Part shown: positions 1 through 9,690 of the stretch, in pieces
How positions within the stretch are numbered: position 1 is the first letter of the stretch
How the letters are laid out: each line of letters starts with the position of its first letter
From: Armatimonadota bacterium
GTDB lineage: Bacteria > Armatimonadota > Zipacnadia > Zipacnadales > VGFC01
Direction of reading: 5' to 3'
DNA: 64,000 nt
NCBI GenBank assembly: GCA_016869045.1
Contig: VGFC01000002.1
Span: 2,777-66,776, forward strand
Translations under genes and position numbers: made by a program
The notes under the pieces: generated by a model
What the model was told of the DNA's origin: nothing
The model's database searches: none
Seen by the model: only the letters and a program-made list of their open reading frames with translations

Positions 1-1450
1 CGTTGATCGCGCTGTACGCCAGCCACGCCCGATAGCCGTCCGTCAGGCGAGCGTCGGGCACGTCGATCTGCATTCCCCCGGCGTACTCGGCCTCCCAGAA
101 CCTCCGCGTTCGCAGCGTGTAGGCATCCACTTCGCAGGCACAGATGTCCTCGATCAGCGCGCCGGCTTTCAGCGGGCACGGAATGCGCAGCCCCCACAGG
201 GCCTTCTCGCCCGGAGACACCTTCAGCACCGTGCTCGTCGTCACGACCGGCAGACTCGCGGGACTCACGGCGAAGCTCACCGGCACCTCGCGGGCCTGCC
301 CGTTGGTCGTTGCCTCCAGCTTCACATACGCGAACAGGGGCGCGTCCGGGCTGAAGCCCTCCGAGTAGCCCAGCACCGTCTCCTCATACGTGACGCCCTC
401 GTGGCTCCACTCGGCCTCCACGACCGGCAGATGCCCGTCGAGCAGACGCTTCGTGGGGCGGTCGGGGCCGCTGCCGAAGGGCACCTGGTCGGCCCCGATG
501 GTCAGCACACCTGTGACCGGCATCGGTTGGCCGCCTACCACCGCCGTCCCCAACTCCAGCGCGCCCGTCTCGGTGACGCCCACCTCGTCGGGATGCCACT
601 TCACGCCGACAGCCTCGCGCATGTGCCGCATCGGCGGATAGACCGCCGCCACGCGCTCATAGGTCGGGTCGCCGGGCTCCGCCAGGATCGTCTCGCCCAT
701 CACGTCCCCCGCCGGCGCCAGCTCTGCTAGTTGCAGCTTCAGCCGATCCGGCGCCGTCGGCTCCACGTCCACTTCCTCGAACCAGGACTCGATCACCGGG
801 CCGTGGTCCGCGTAGTCGTTGTCCAGGTCGGGCTGGCCGTACTGTGGGTCCGTCGATCCGTAGCCCTTGCCGAGGATCAGCAGCGTGGGCGCCCCCTCGC
901 ATCCGAGGGGGCGGCGGACCACGCGCTGGGTCGTCCACTCCGCCTCGCTGGCCGTGCGTGTGAGGTACCGGACGCAGTCTCTGCCCAGCTCGATGCGGAG
1001 CCGATGCGGCTGTGAGCGGTCGCACTGAGCGAGGTAGGTCTCATGCGGTCTCCCGCCACCGGCCTCCACGGTGTAGTACTGGCCGCCCTGGAAGTCGATG
1101 ATCGAGAGCTGGCACCATGCGCTCGGCGCCCAGTACAGCACGACCCCACAGCTCCAGCTCACACCCGAGGGCACCGAGGGCTGCATGAGCGCCGAGACCG
1201 TGACGCAGTCCTGGTTCAGCGGGCGCTCGACGTGCGCAAAGGTGTTCATCGCCGCCCGGACGTGCAGCTTGCCCTCCCGCACCTCAACGGTGTTCCCCGG
1301 CGAGACATCCACCTGCCAGGCGCCGTCGAGCTGCGGCCCATCGAACCCATTCCGCAGCAGGACCGACGCTGGCGCAGTCGCGCACCACAGCGCAGCCACT
1401 GCCATGGCCCCCACCCGCGAACGCACGAACGAGCAGGGAAACGAGCGCAT
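1..1450 (-). CDS. Secreted protein, probable glycoside hydrolase-like (alpha/alpha-barrel type); 3' end runs off the window
   Basis: Manual translation (not in the ORF track) is open from ATG 1450 to base 2. SD GGAGGAGG upstream. N-terminus MRSFPCSFVRSRVGAMAVAALWCATAPA is signal-like. The last visible segment RFWEAEYAGGMQIDVPDARLTDGYRAWLAYSAIN resembles the segment preceding six-hairpin glycosidase domains. Confidence 0.6.
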   Translation of the reverse strand, partial: MRSFPCSFVRSRVGAMAVAALWCATAPASVLLRNGFDGPQLDGAWQVDVSPGNTVEVREGKLHVRAAMNTFAHVERPLNQDCVTVSALMQPSVPSGVSWSCGVVLYWAPSAWCQLSIIDFQGGQYYTVEAGGGRPHETYLAQCDRSQPHRLRIELGRDCVRYLTRTASEAEWTTQRVVRRPLGCEGAPTLLILGKGYGSTDPQYGQPDLDNDYADHGPVIESWFEEVDVEPTAPDRLKLQLAELAPAGDVMGETILAEPGDPTYERVAAVYPPMRHMREAVGVKWHPDEVGVTETGALELGTAVVGGQPMPVTGVLTIGADQVPFGSGPDRPTKRLLDGHLPVVEAEWSHEGVTYEETVLGYSEGFSPDAPLFAYVKLEATTNGQAREVPVSFAVSPASLPVVTTSTVLKVSPGEKALWGLRIPCPLKAGALIEDICACEVDAYTLRTRRFWEAEYAGGMQIDVPDARLTDGYRAWLAYSAIN

Positions 1451-1576
1451 CTGGCCTCGACCTCCTCCTGCAATCACGTTCCCCCAAGTCGACGCAACGT
1501 CCTCGCCCCAACGAGGTGCTGGCCGCCGCACACCGAATACGCGCCTCCGCAAGCTCACCATCGGAACAGAACCGGA

Positions 1577-2500
1577 ATGGACATCGTCGGTCTTGGCATG
1601 TCAACCCTCGACGTGCTGATCCGCCTTGGCGAGATGCCGACGTGGGAGCGTGGGGCGCGCATCGAGGGTTTCGGGCTCGATGGCGGCGGGCCGGTCGGCA
1701 CAGCATGCGTGGCCGCCGCACGGCTGGGGGCAAGCGTGGGCTTCGTGGGTGTCGCGGGGAACGATGCGGTGGCCGAGCTGAAGCTGCAATCCCTCCGCGA
1801 GGGCGGCGTGGACACCAGCCGCGTCGTGATCCGCAACCGGCCGGAGACGCAGGTGGTCGTCGTCCACGTAAACGAGGAGACGGGGGAGCGAGTCTTCTCG
1901 GGGCTCCGGGGCTTCGGCGATGATCCGCTGATCGCGGCCGAGTTGGACCGCGAGTATGTTACTTCCGCCGCGTGGCTGCACTTGGACGGCTCCCACCCCG
2001 AGACCGCGATCACCGCCGCTCAGTGGATGCACGAGGCGGGGAAGCAGGTGGCCATCGACTGTGGCAAGACGGACGCCGCTTCGGTCGCCCCTGGAATGCT
2101 CGACTTGCTGCGTCACGTAGATGTGCTGATCTGCGGTCAGGGCTTCGGGCGCGCTCTCACGGGCCACGCGGACCCCCGGTCGGCGGGCGAGGCGGCGCTC
2201 GCGTTCGGGCCGCGAATCGTGGTGCAGACGGAGGGCATGGCAGGGAGCTACACGGTGACGGCCGGGGAGCGCTTCCATACGCTGGCCTTCGAGGTTGAGG
2301 TCCTCGACACGACCGGCGCCGGCGACGTCTTTCATGGCGCCTACCTCGTGGGTCTGCTGCGGGAGTGGCCCCTGGAGACCATCGCCTGCTTCGCCTCTGC
2401 CGTCGCCGCCCTCAAGTGCACACACCTCGGCGGCCGCCGCGGCATCCCGACGTTCGAGGCAACCGCCGCCTTCCTCCGAGAACGGGGCCTCGACCTGTAG
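1577..2500 (+). CDS. PfkB/ribokinase-family carbohydrate kinase (307 aa; start corrected from ORF-track 1043)
   Basis: MDIVGLG, GGPVGTACVAAARLG, and the anion-hole motif VLDTTGAGDVFHGAY. Confidence 0.93.
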   Translation: MDIVGLGMSTLDVLIRLGEMPTWERGARIEGFGLDGGGPVGTACVAAARLGASVGFVGVAGNDAVAELKLQSLREGGVDTSRVVIRNRPETQVVVVHVNEETGERVFSGLRGFGDDPLIAAELDREYVTSAAWLHLDGSHPETAITAAQWMHEAGKQVAIDCGKTDAASVAPGMLDLLRHVDVLICGQGFGRALTGHADPRSAGEAALAFGPRIVVQTEGMAGSYTVTAGERFHTLAFEVEVLDTTGAGDVFHGAYLVGLLREWPLETIACFASAVAALKCTHLGGRRGIPTFEATAAFLRERGLDL

Positions 2501-2591
2501 CGTTGGGTGCGTTGAGAAGGTGCTTCGCGAAGGGGCCGACGGGCGTCACGTCGAAGTACGCCGAATCGTCGGGGTACGTCGGAAGACCAGC

Positions 2592-2680
2592 TGGTGCCGG
2601 AGGCCGGGGTCGAACCGGCACGGGGTGTGAGCCCCACCAGATTTTGAGTCTGGCGCGTCTGCCTATTCCGCCACTCCGGC
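2592..2680 (-). tRNA. tRNA-Leu (anticodon CAA), long variable arm, encoded CCA
   Basis: Reverse complement reads GCCGGAGTGGCGGAATAGGCAGACGCG-CCAGA CTCAAAA TCTGG-...GGTTCGACCCC-GGCCTCCGGCACCA. Confidence 0.97.
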
Positions 2681-2692
2681 GTAAGGACCCGA

Positions 2693-2721
2693 AGTATAGG
2701 GGTACACTAACAGCCTGTCAA
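2693..2721 (-). promoter_or_regulatory. sigma70-type promoter of tRNA-Leu
   Basis: On the minus strand, TTGACA (2721-2716), 17 nt, TATACT (2698-2693), ending 12 nt before the tRNA 5' end. Confidence 0.85.
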
Positions 2722-2819
2722 GCCAGCGCAAGGCTCGGCGGTATCCTGGATGCGGCTCGGAACCCTCCCCACCGTGCGGGTGCGGTCAGGCACGTCGGAG
2801 CCGGCGGCGAGCACTCCGG

Positions 2820-3335
2820 ATGAAGGCGACGATCATCACAGGCGGGCCAGGCAGCGGCAAGACGGCCGTGCTGCCTTTGCTGGCCCGCCGGCTGACCGGT
2901 CGCATCGCCCTCCTGGATGGAGACGATCTCAGTTGGGTCCGTCCTCACGAGTTGACCATCGAGTGGCTCAACTTGGTGCAGAGCAACATCGTAGCGTGCG
3001 CCGCCAACTTCCGGGACTTCGGGGTGGAGCACTTCATTGCGGCGTACGTCCTGCCAGACCGCGAGCGGCTGGGGCGCCTTGCCTGGCTCCTGAGGGCGGA
3101 GGGCTACGTCGTAGGGGCGATCGCGCTGCGAGCGAGTGAGCGCGTGGTCCTGAGGCGCCTGGCCGAGCGCGGGCACGACCCACAGAGGAACCGCGAGCTG
3201 TTCCGCGTCGCTGTAGAGTGCTGTCGCAGCATGGAGCAGCTTGAGGGCGTTCCGTACGTCGATACGGACACGCTCACCATCGAGCAGGTGGCGGACGAGC
3301 TACACCGGACGATGGAGCTTCTGCCGCGAAGCTGA
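2820..3335 (+). CDS. Small P-loop AAA/nucleoside-kinase-like protein (171 aa)
   Basis: Walker A ITGGPGSGKT, LLDGDD, and lid-like LRRLAERG. Confidence 0.75.
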   Translation: MKATIITGGPGSGKTAVLPLLARRLTGRIALLDGDDLSWVRPHELTIEWLNLVQSNIVACAANFRDFGVEHFIAAYVLPDRERLGRLAWLLRAEGYVVGAIALRASERVVLRRLAERGHDPQRNRELFRVAVECCRSMEQLEGVPYVDTDTLTIEQVADELHRTMELLPRS

Positions 3336-3430
3336 GGGCCGTTCAGCAGGGCGCTCAGCTCAGTTCACAGCCAGTTGCTGCTCAGGATCCTCACGCCGCC
3401 GGCCCATGTGGCCGGCCTTAGGAGAGAGCG

Positions 3431-4582
3431 ATGAGCACCACACCTCCGTGGGAAGGTCCACGAACAGAGTCGGATGCCGGCAGCACAGGCGCCCCGCCGT
3501 CCGCGCCTTCGGCGCCGCCGCCGGGAGGCTACCGCCCGCCGCCCGGCCCGCCGCCGGCGTACCCGGTGACGCCCAGCGTGCCGCCGGTCGGCCAGCCGCG
3601 GCGTCGCAGCAGCGGGGCGATCACGTGCCTGATCATCCTGGTCGTGCTCGCTGCGATCATGCTGGGCGGGATGGCGTTGCTAGCCACGGGCTTGCGGTCC
3701 ACCGGCGGGCCGCAGACGACCTGGGCGGGGGCCACGGGCGACACGATCGGCGTCATCAGTGTGGAGGGCATCATCACGGGCGGAGGGTCGATATCGCCTT
3801 TCTTCGGGGCGACCGCAGGCTCCGACAACATCACCGCCCTCTTCCGCGAGGCCGCCAAGGATGACGTCGTGAAGGCGATCGTACTCCGCATCGACAGCCC
3901 GGGCGGAAGCGCGGCAGCCTCCCAGGAGATCTACGAGGCCGTCGAGGACTACAGGCAAAGGACCGGGAAGCCGGTCGTCGCCTCGATGTCGGATGTGGCC
4001 GCTTCCGGGGGCTACTACGTCGCCGCGCCTTGCAGCAAGATCGTCGCGCTCCCCGCGACCCTCACCGGCTCCATCGGCGTGATCTTCGAGACCCTGGAGT
4101 ACCACGAGCTGCTGAAGAAGGTCGGCGTGAAGGGCAACACCATGACCAGCGGACCCCACAAGGACATGGGCTCGCCCTTCCGCGCGATGACCGGCGAGGA
4201 GCGGAAGCTCTTTGAGGCGATGATCGAGGACGTCTACGACCAGTTCGTCACCGCCGTCGCCGACGGCCGGAAGATGGACAAGGCCAAGGTCAAGAAGCTC
4301 GCCGACGGGCGCGTCTACACCGGCCGGCAGGCGAAGGAGATCGGCCTCGTAGACGAGCTTGGCTCCTTCCGCGGCGCGATCAAGATAGCTGCCGAGATGG
4401 CGCGCATCGAGAAGGAGCCGACCGTCAAGTTCTACGGTCGGATGACTCTTTTCGAGGCCTTGTTCGGTGAGGTCCGTTCCCAGCCGATCCGCAACTTCCC
4501 CCCGGGTCTGCTCTTTGACAGCCGGGTCTGGCCCGTGGGGCAGATGATGATGACCGAGACGGGCGCGCCCCGCCTCGAGTGA
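3431..4582 (+). CDS. sppA: Signal peptide peptidase SppA (S49, 36K type) with Pro-rich N-terminus and one TM helix
   Basis: [74 protein letters not shown]. Confidence 0.93.
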   Translation: MSTTPPWEGPRTESDAGSTGAPPSAPSAPPPGGYRPPPGPPPAYPVTPSVPPVGQPRRRSSGAITCLIILVVLAAIMLGGMALLATGLRSTGGPQTTWAGATGDTIGVISVEGIITGGGSISPFFGATAGSDNITALFREAAKDDVVKAIVLRIDSPGGSAAASQEIYEAVEDYRQRTGKPVVASMSDVAASGGYYVAAPCSKIVALPATLTGSIGVIFETLEYHELLKKVGVKGNTMTSGPHKDMGSPFRAMTGEERKLFEAMIEDVYDQFVTAVADGRKMDKAKVKKLADGRVYTGRQAKEIGLVDELGSFRGAIKIAAEMARIEKEPTVKFYGRMTLFEALFGEVRSQPIRNFPPGLLFDSRVWPVGQMMMTETGAPRLE

Positions 4583-4588
4583 AACGAC

Positions 4589-4682
4589 GGGTTCGGGGTT
4601 CGGCGTTCAGGGTTCCGGGGCCACGGCCAGCGCAGCGCCCGGACGTCCCTGACCCCGAACCCCGAACCCCGAACCCGGAACC
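4589..4682. repeat. Inverted pair of heptamer tandem tracts, (GGGTTCG)n ... (CCCGAAC)n
   Basis: Visible in the sppA-polA gap: about 4 units on the left, about 5 on the right, with a short spacer. Confidence 0.9.
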
Positions 4683-4687
4683 ATGCT

Positions 4688-7375
4688 GTGGCACAGCGCC
4701 TGGTCCTCATCGATGGCAATAGCCTGATCCACCGGGCTTACCATGCGATCCCGAACCTGACGACGTCCTCGGGGCGGCCCGTGGGGGCGGTCTACGGATT
4801 CGCGCAGACCGTGCTGAAGCTCCTGGCGGAGAACCCGCCGGACTTGGCGGCAGTCGCCTTCGACCCGCCCGGCAAGACCTTCCGCCACGCGATCTTCCCC
4901 GCGTACAAGGCGAACCGTCCCCCGACGCCTCCCGACCTCGCCGAGCAGTTCGCTCTCGCGCGACGGCTGACGGAGGTCTGCCGGCTGCGAAGCGTAGAGA
5001 CGCCGGGCTTCGAGGCGGACGACGTGATCGGCGCCCTGGCGACCCGCGCCGCCGAGGCCGGCCTCGACGTGCTGATCGTGACCATCGACCGCGACTGCCT
5101 GCAGCTCATCACCGACCGGGTGAAGGTGCTGTCACCCAGCCGCGGCCCGCTCGACGCCGTGCTGTTCGACGCAGACGAGGTGAAGCGCACGTACGGCTAC
5201 ACCCCCTCGCAGGTCACCGACGCGAAGAGCCTCATCGGCGATCCATCCGACAACATACCCGGCGTCCCGAAGGTGGGTAAGAAGACGGCGGCCACGCTGC
5301 TGGAGAAGCATGGGTCGCTCGAGGAGGTCCTCCGCCATCCCGAGGACGTCCCCAACCAGGCGGCCCGCGAGTACGTGGTGGAGCATCCTCAGGCCGTGCT
5401 CGCTGCCAAGCACCTCGCGACGATCCGCACCGATGCGCCGGTTGATGTCTCCCTGGATGAGCTGAAGTGGCCCGGCTTCGACGTCGGCGAACTGCGCGAA
5501 CTACTGACCTCTCTCGAGTTCCGCAGCCTTGTCGAGCGCCTGCCCGCACCGGAGTCCACCAAACCACCGGCCGCCTGCGTCATCCTCGAGTCGGCAACCG
5601 AGGTCGCGGCATGGTGCGATGGCCTGGGCCGCGAACGGGAGATCGGTGTCCGCACGCTCGTGGGCCGCGGCGGCCTACGGGGGCTTGCCTTATCGGCCGG
5701 CGCCGGGCGGGTCGCCTTCGTGCCCGGCGGCTTGTTCGCGCTGCCCACCACCGAAGCGCGGGGGCTCTTTGACGCTGCGGAGCCCGCGCCCGATCCGCAG
5801 GCGGTCTCGGCATGTCGCGAAGCCCTCGGTCGCGTGTTGGGCGATCCCGCGGTGACCAAGCACGGCGGCGGGCTGAAGAGCCAGGCCGCGTTGCTGCACG
5901 AGATCGGGCTGGACCTGGCGGGCTTCGGGTTCGACCCCGAGCTGGCCTCGTACGTGCTGGAGCCGCAGCGGCGCGACCACTCGATCGCGGTCACCGCTCC
6001 CGAGATGCTGGGCCGAGGCGTGCCGCCCCTTGTCCGCGACCGCGAGCCGCAGCCCGACGCCGCGTGCGCGTGGGCCTCGGCAGCGCTCGAGCTACGCACG
6101 CCAATGCGCCAGGCCCTCCGGCAGGCGGGTCTGCTGCGGCTCCTCGACGAGATCGAGACACCCCTGACTCCGATCCTCCTCACCATGGAGCGCGCCGGCG
6201 TCGCCGTGGACGCCGCCAAGCTGCGGGACCTCTCGGCGCAGATGTCCGCTCGACTGTCTGAGCTGGTGGCGGAGATCCACGAGCACGCCGGGGGCCCGTT
6301 CAACATCGATTCACCCAAGCAACTCGCCGAGGTGCTCTTCACCCGCCTTGGTCTGCCCGTGCAGAAGCGCACGAAGACCGGTCCCTCCACCGACGCCGAG
6401 GTCCTGGAGAAGCTCGAGGACAAACACCCCGTCGTCGCGCTGATCGGCGAGTACCGGCAGTTCGCCAAGCTGAAGTCCACCTACGTGGATGCGCTGGCCG
6501 AGCTCGCGCAGCGCAGCGGCGGGCGCGTGCACACGACCTTCGAGCAGACCGTCGCCGCGACCGGCCGGCTCTCCAGCCACGACCCGAACCTGCAGAACAT
6601 CCCGATTCGCACCGACTGGGGCGGCCGCATCCGGAGTTGCTTCGTCGCAGGCTCCCCGGGCCTCTGCCTGATGTCGGCCGACTACTCGCAGATCGAGCTG
6701 CGCCTGTTGGCGCACTTCTCGCTGGACCCTAACCTCCTCGAGGCCTTTCGCGCGGGCGAGGACATTCACACCCGCACTGCCTCCGAAGTCTTCGAGGTGC
6801 CGCCCGAGCAGGTCACGAGCGACATGCGGCGGCAGGCCAAGACTGTGAACTTCGCCGTGCTGTACGGCATGGGGCCCGCCTCACTGGCGCGGGAAATCGG
6901 CGTCAGCCGGGAGGAGGCGGCGCGGTTCATCGGGAACTACTTTGCGAAACTGCCCGGCGTAGAGAGGTATCTGACGCAGACTCTCGAACTGGCGCGGGCA
7001 GAGGGGTACACGACCACACTGCTGGGGCGCCGTCGAGCCTTCCCGGAGTTGCACAGCTCGTCGGCCCGCGACCGCGCCTATGCGGAGCGGGCAGCCGTCA
7101 ACTCCCCCCTTCAAGGGTCGGCCGCCGACATCGTCAAGGTGGCGATGGTTCGGCTCGACGAGCGCCTGCGGGTACAGGGCGTCCGCGCGCGGATGTTGTT
7201 ACAGGTCCATGACGAGCTTCTGCTGGAGGTGCCGCAGGAGGAGACCGAGGCAGTGTCGAGGTGGGTCAAGGAGGTGATGGAGAGCGCGTGTGAGTTGCAG
7301 GTGCCGTTGGCTGTGGACGTGTCAGTCGGGGAGAACTGGCGGGACCTGAAGCCCGTCTCCCCGGCGACCGGCTGA
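4688..7375 (+). CDS. polA: DNA polymerase I (895 aa)
   Basis: LIDGNSLIHRAYHA, GFEADDVIG, GDPSDNIPGVPKVGKKTA, ATGRLSSHDPNLQNIP, SADYSQIELRLLAH, AKTVNFAVLYG, LLQVHDELL. Confidence 0.98.
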   Translation: MAQRLVLIDGNSLIHRAYHAIPNLTTSSGRPVGAVYGFAQTVLKLLAENPPDLAAVAFDPPGKTFRHAIFPAYKANRPPTPPDLAEQFALARRLTEVCRLRSVETPGFEADDVIGALATRAAEAGLDVLIVTIDRDCLQLITDRVKVLSPSRGPLDAVLFDADEVKRTYGYTPSQVTDAKSLIGDPSDNIPGVPKVGKKTAATLLEKHGSLEEVLRHPEDVPNQAAREYVVEHPQAVLAAKHLATIRTDAPVDVSLDELKWPGFDVGELRELLTSLEFRSLVERLPAPESTKPPAACVILESATEVAAWCDGLGREREIGVRTLVGRGGLRGLALSAGAGRVAFVPGGLFALPTTEARGLFDAAEPAPDPQAVSACREALGRVLGDPAVTKHGGGLKSQAALLHEIGLDLAGFGFDPELASYVLEPQRRDHSIAVTAPEMLGRGVPPLVRDREPQPDAACAWASAALELRTPMRQALRQAGLLRLLDEIETPLTPILLTMERAGVAVDAAKLRDLSAQMSARLSELVAEIHEHAGGPFNIDSPKQLAEVLFTRLGLPVQKRTKTGPSTDAEVLEKLEDKHPVVALIGEYRQFAKLKSTYVDALAELAQRSGGRVHTTFEQTVAATGRLSSHDPNLQNIPIRTDWGGRIRSCFVAGSPGLCLMSADYSQIELRLLAHFSLDPNLLEAFRAGEDIHTRTASEVFEVPPEQVTSDMRRQAKTVNFAVLYGMGPASLAREIGVSREEAARFIGNYFAKLPGVERYLTQTLELARAEGYTTTLLGRRRAFPELHSSSARDRAYAERAAVNSPLQGSAADIVKVAMVRLDERLRVQGVRARMLLQVHDELLLEVPQEETEAVSRWVKEVMESACELQVPLAVDVSVGENWRDLKPVSPATG

Positions 7376-7482
7376 TGCGCTAGGCCCGCGAAGCGGCCGC
7401 AAGCCCGTTTCGTTGGGGCGTCGGTCGGCAGACTCAACCTCGGGGCGCTGAGGCCCCCCGACGTGAAGGGAGACTCACTGAG

Positions 7483-8892
7483 ATGATGGACCGTGGCGAA
7501 GACGTTCGAAGCCGAAGAGGCGCCGGCTCCCCCTCCCCGGGCGACGATGACGTCGTCGAACAGGTAGGAGACATGGGCGATGAGGAGCTGGATCGTCTCT
7601 CTGCGGCTGACTTCGACGAAGGCACGCTTCAGGAGTCGTTGCGCTCCATCCGCCCCGGCGAGATCGTCGAGGGCGTCGTCGTGGAGGTCCGCGACGACGA
7701 ACTCGTGGTCCACGTCGGCGGCAAGTACGAGGGCGTCATCCCCCTGATCGAGTTCCCCAGTACGGCCGAGGTGCCGAAGGAGGGGGAGCACGTCAGTGTG
7801 GCAGTCATCCGCATATCGGAAGATGAGGGCCAGGTCGTCCTCTCCAAGAAGAAGGCCGACTACGAGAAGGTCTGGACCCGGATCATGGAGTCCCTGAACA
7901 GCGGCGAGATCATCACCGCGATGGTCACGGAGCGCGTCAAGGGCGGCCTGCGGGTGGACCTGGGGGTCAGCGGCTTCGTGCCGGCCTCGCAGGTCAGCAC
8001 GCGCAACGTCCGCGACCTCGACCGGTTCGTCGGCCGCTCGCTCCGTCTGCGGGTGATCGAGGCCGACCGGAAGGACAAGAAGGTCATCCTCTCGCACCGA
8101 CAGGTCGTGGAACTCGAGCGCAAGGGCCGACGCGACGAGACGATGGCCCGCCTGCGGGAGGGCATGGTCTGCGAGGGCAAGGTACGCAACATCACCGACT
8201 ACGGGGCCTTCGTGGACTTGGGCGGCGTCGATGGGTTGCTGCACATCTCGGAGATGGGCTGGACCCGCGTCAAGCATCCCTCCGAGGTCCTGAAGGTCGG
8301 CGACACGATTCAGGTGGCAGTCATCGGGATCGACCACGCCAAGGAACGGATCAGCCTCTCCCGCCGGGAGTGCCTGCCCGATCCCTGGAATGAAGCCGGC
8401 AAGCGCCTCAACACCGGCGACGTAGTGAAAGCCCGCATCACCCGGCTCGCCAAGAACGGCGCTTTCGCGCTCATCGAGGACGCGCAGGTCGAGGGCTTCA
8501 TCCCGATCTCCGAGCTGTCCGAGCGGCGGATCGGCGACCCCAGCGAGGTCACCGCCGTCGATCAGGTCGTGGATGTGAAGATCATCAGCCTCCGACCTCA
8601 GGAGCGGCGCATGACCCTGAGCCTGGCCGAAGCGGAGCAGGAGAAAGAGCGCCGGGAGTACCGGGAGTACATGGCAGGCCAGACCCAGGCGCGCGCGACC
8701 CTCGGCGATCAGTTTGGCGAGGAGCTCGCGCGAGTGCAGACGCAGGTCGCGGCCGCTCCCGTCGGACCTTCCGAACCCGAACCGCCGACCGAACCCGAGC
8801 CCGCCGTCGCCGAAGAGCCGGCCGCGCCGGAACCCGCTGCCGAACCTGAGGCCGCGGCGCCCGCTGAGGAGCCGCCCGACGCCTCCGTGTAG
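7483..8892 (+). CDS. rpsA: 30S ribosomal protein S1 (four S1 repeats, acidic Pro/Glu/Ala tail)
   Basis: Four S1 repeats, e.g. EGKVRNITDYGAFVDLGGVDGLLHISE. SD-like AAGGGAG upstream of ATG 7483. Confidence 0.92.
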   Translation: MMDRGEDVRSRRGAGSPSPGDDDVVEQVGDMGDEELDRLSAADFDEGTLQESLRSIRPGEIVEGVVVEVRDDELVVHVGGKYEGVIPLIEFPSTAEVPKEGEHVSVAVIRISEDEGQVVLSKKKADYEKVWTRIMESLNSGEIITAMVTERVKGGLRVDLGVSGFVPASQVSTRNVRDLDRFVGRSLRLRVIEADRKDKKVILSHRQVVELERKGRRDETMARLREGMVCEGKVRNITDYGAFVDLGGVDGLLHISEMGWTRVKHPSEVLKVGDTIQVAVIGIDHAKERISLSRRECLPDPWNEAGKRLNTGDVVKARITRLAKNGAFALIEDAQVEGFIPISELSERRIGDPSEVTAVDQVVDVKIISLRPQERRMTLSLAEAEQEKERREYREYMAGQTQARATLGDQFGEELARVQTQVAAAPVGPSEPEPPTEPEPAVAEEPAAPEPAAEPEAAAPAEEPPDASV

Positions 8893-8942
8893 GGGCGCCA
8901 TTCATGGCGCCCGGTCGTGTAGGGGCGCGATTCATCGCGCCC
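8889..8942 (+). repeat. Two tandem GTAG-type REP palindromes (family A)
   Basis: GTAG-GGGCGCCA TTCA TGGCGCCC (8889-8912) and GTAG-GGGCGCGA TTCA TCGCGCCC (8919-8942). The rpsA TAG stop lies in the first GTAG. Confidence 0.85.
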
Positions 8943-8973
8943 CCCGCGTCGAGGAACCGGTTGGGGGTCACGT

Positions 8974-9585
8974 GTGATCGCGCTCGCCGTCGTCGGCCCG
9001 ATCGCGTCCGGGAAAAGCACCGTCTTGGGGTTGCTGCGGGAGCTGGGCGCCGAGACCTGTTCGGCCGATGACCTGGCACACGAGTTGACTGCGCCGGGGC
9101 AACCGGCGCTGGAAGAGATCATCGCGCAGTTCGGCGGATCGTACCGCCGGGAGGACGGGTCACTTGACCGTGCCGCACTCGCGGAGCTGATCTTCCGCTC
9201 CACCGACGCCAGGGAACGTCTGGAAGGCATCCTGCATCCCGCCATTCTCGTCCGCATCGGCGCCTGGCTCACAGCGCTCCGCGCGCGCCCCGACCCTCCG
9301 CCCGTTGCGGCCGTGGAGGTCCTGCGGCTCCCGAGACACCTCCGGGCCCGCGAGACCTTCGACGTGGTCTGGCTGTGTAACGCTCCCGAGGCACTGCGGT
9401 TGCGTCGCCTCATCGAGCGAGATGCCCTGCCGGAGGACGAAGCGCGGCGCCGGCTTGCCGTTCAGCGCGAGCAGCAGGTCGAGGACTGCGATCCCGATCT
9501 GGTGCTGGACGCCGGGGGAACACTGGAGGCTTTGGCCGCTCAGGTGCGCAACGCGTGGTCGAGATTGACCGATCGGTCGCCGTAG
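8974..9585 (+). CDS. coaE: Dephospho-CoA kinase
   Basis: AVVGPIASGKSTV, SADDLAHEL, LDRAALAELIF, LEGILHPAI. Confidence 0.92.
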   Translation: MIALAVVGPIASGKSTVLGLLRELGAETCSADDLAHELTAPGQPALEEIIAQFGGSYRREDGSLDRAALAELIFRSTDARERLEGILHPAILVRIGAWLTALRARPDPPPVAAVEVLRLPRHLRARETFDVVWLCNAPEALRLRRLIERDALPEDEARRRLAVQREQQVEDCDPDLVLDAGGTLEALAAQVRNAWSRLTDRSP

Positions 9586-9586
9586 C

Positions 9587-9629
9587 CGGACCCGTAACTC
9601 GAAACTCGAAACCCGAAACCTCGGGTCCG
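9587..9629. repeat. Heptamer tract (AAACTCG/AAACCCG) bracketed by an 8-bp inverted repeat
   Basis: CGGACCCG-taactcg aaactcg aaacccg aaacct-CGGGTCCG directly after the coaE stop. Confidence 0.75.
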
Positions 9630-9661
9630 TTGCCATGACTCTTGTCACATCCCGCTTACGC

Positions 9662-9690
9662 TTGCAATGGGGTAGGGCGTGTGCTATAAT
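9662..9690 (+). promoter_or_regulatory. sigma70-type promoter with extended -10
   Basis: TTGCAA (9662-9667), 17 nt ending TGTGC, TATAAT (9685-9690). Confidence 0.8.

Noticed and set aside
1043-1576. N-terminal extension of the PfkB ORF (485 aa in the track)
   Set aside because: It overlaps the real minus-strand gene; the kinase domain starts at MDIVGLG (1577).
2500-2700. tRNA-Leu as an integration site for an island
   Set aside because: No integrase and no duplicated tRNA 3' end were noticed in the window.
3431-3600. Pro-rich SppA N-terminus, and the PEPA-rich S1 tail, as repeat elements
   Set aside because: These are low-complexity protein linkers without a DNA-level repeat unit matching the intergenic families.
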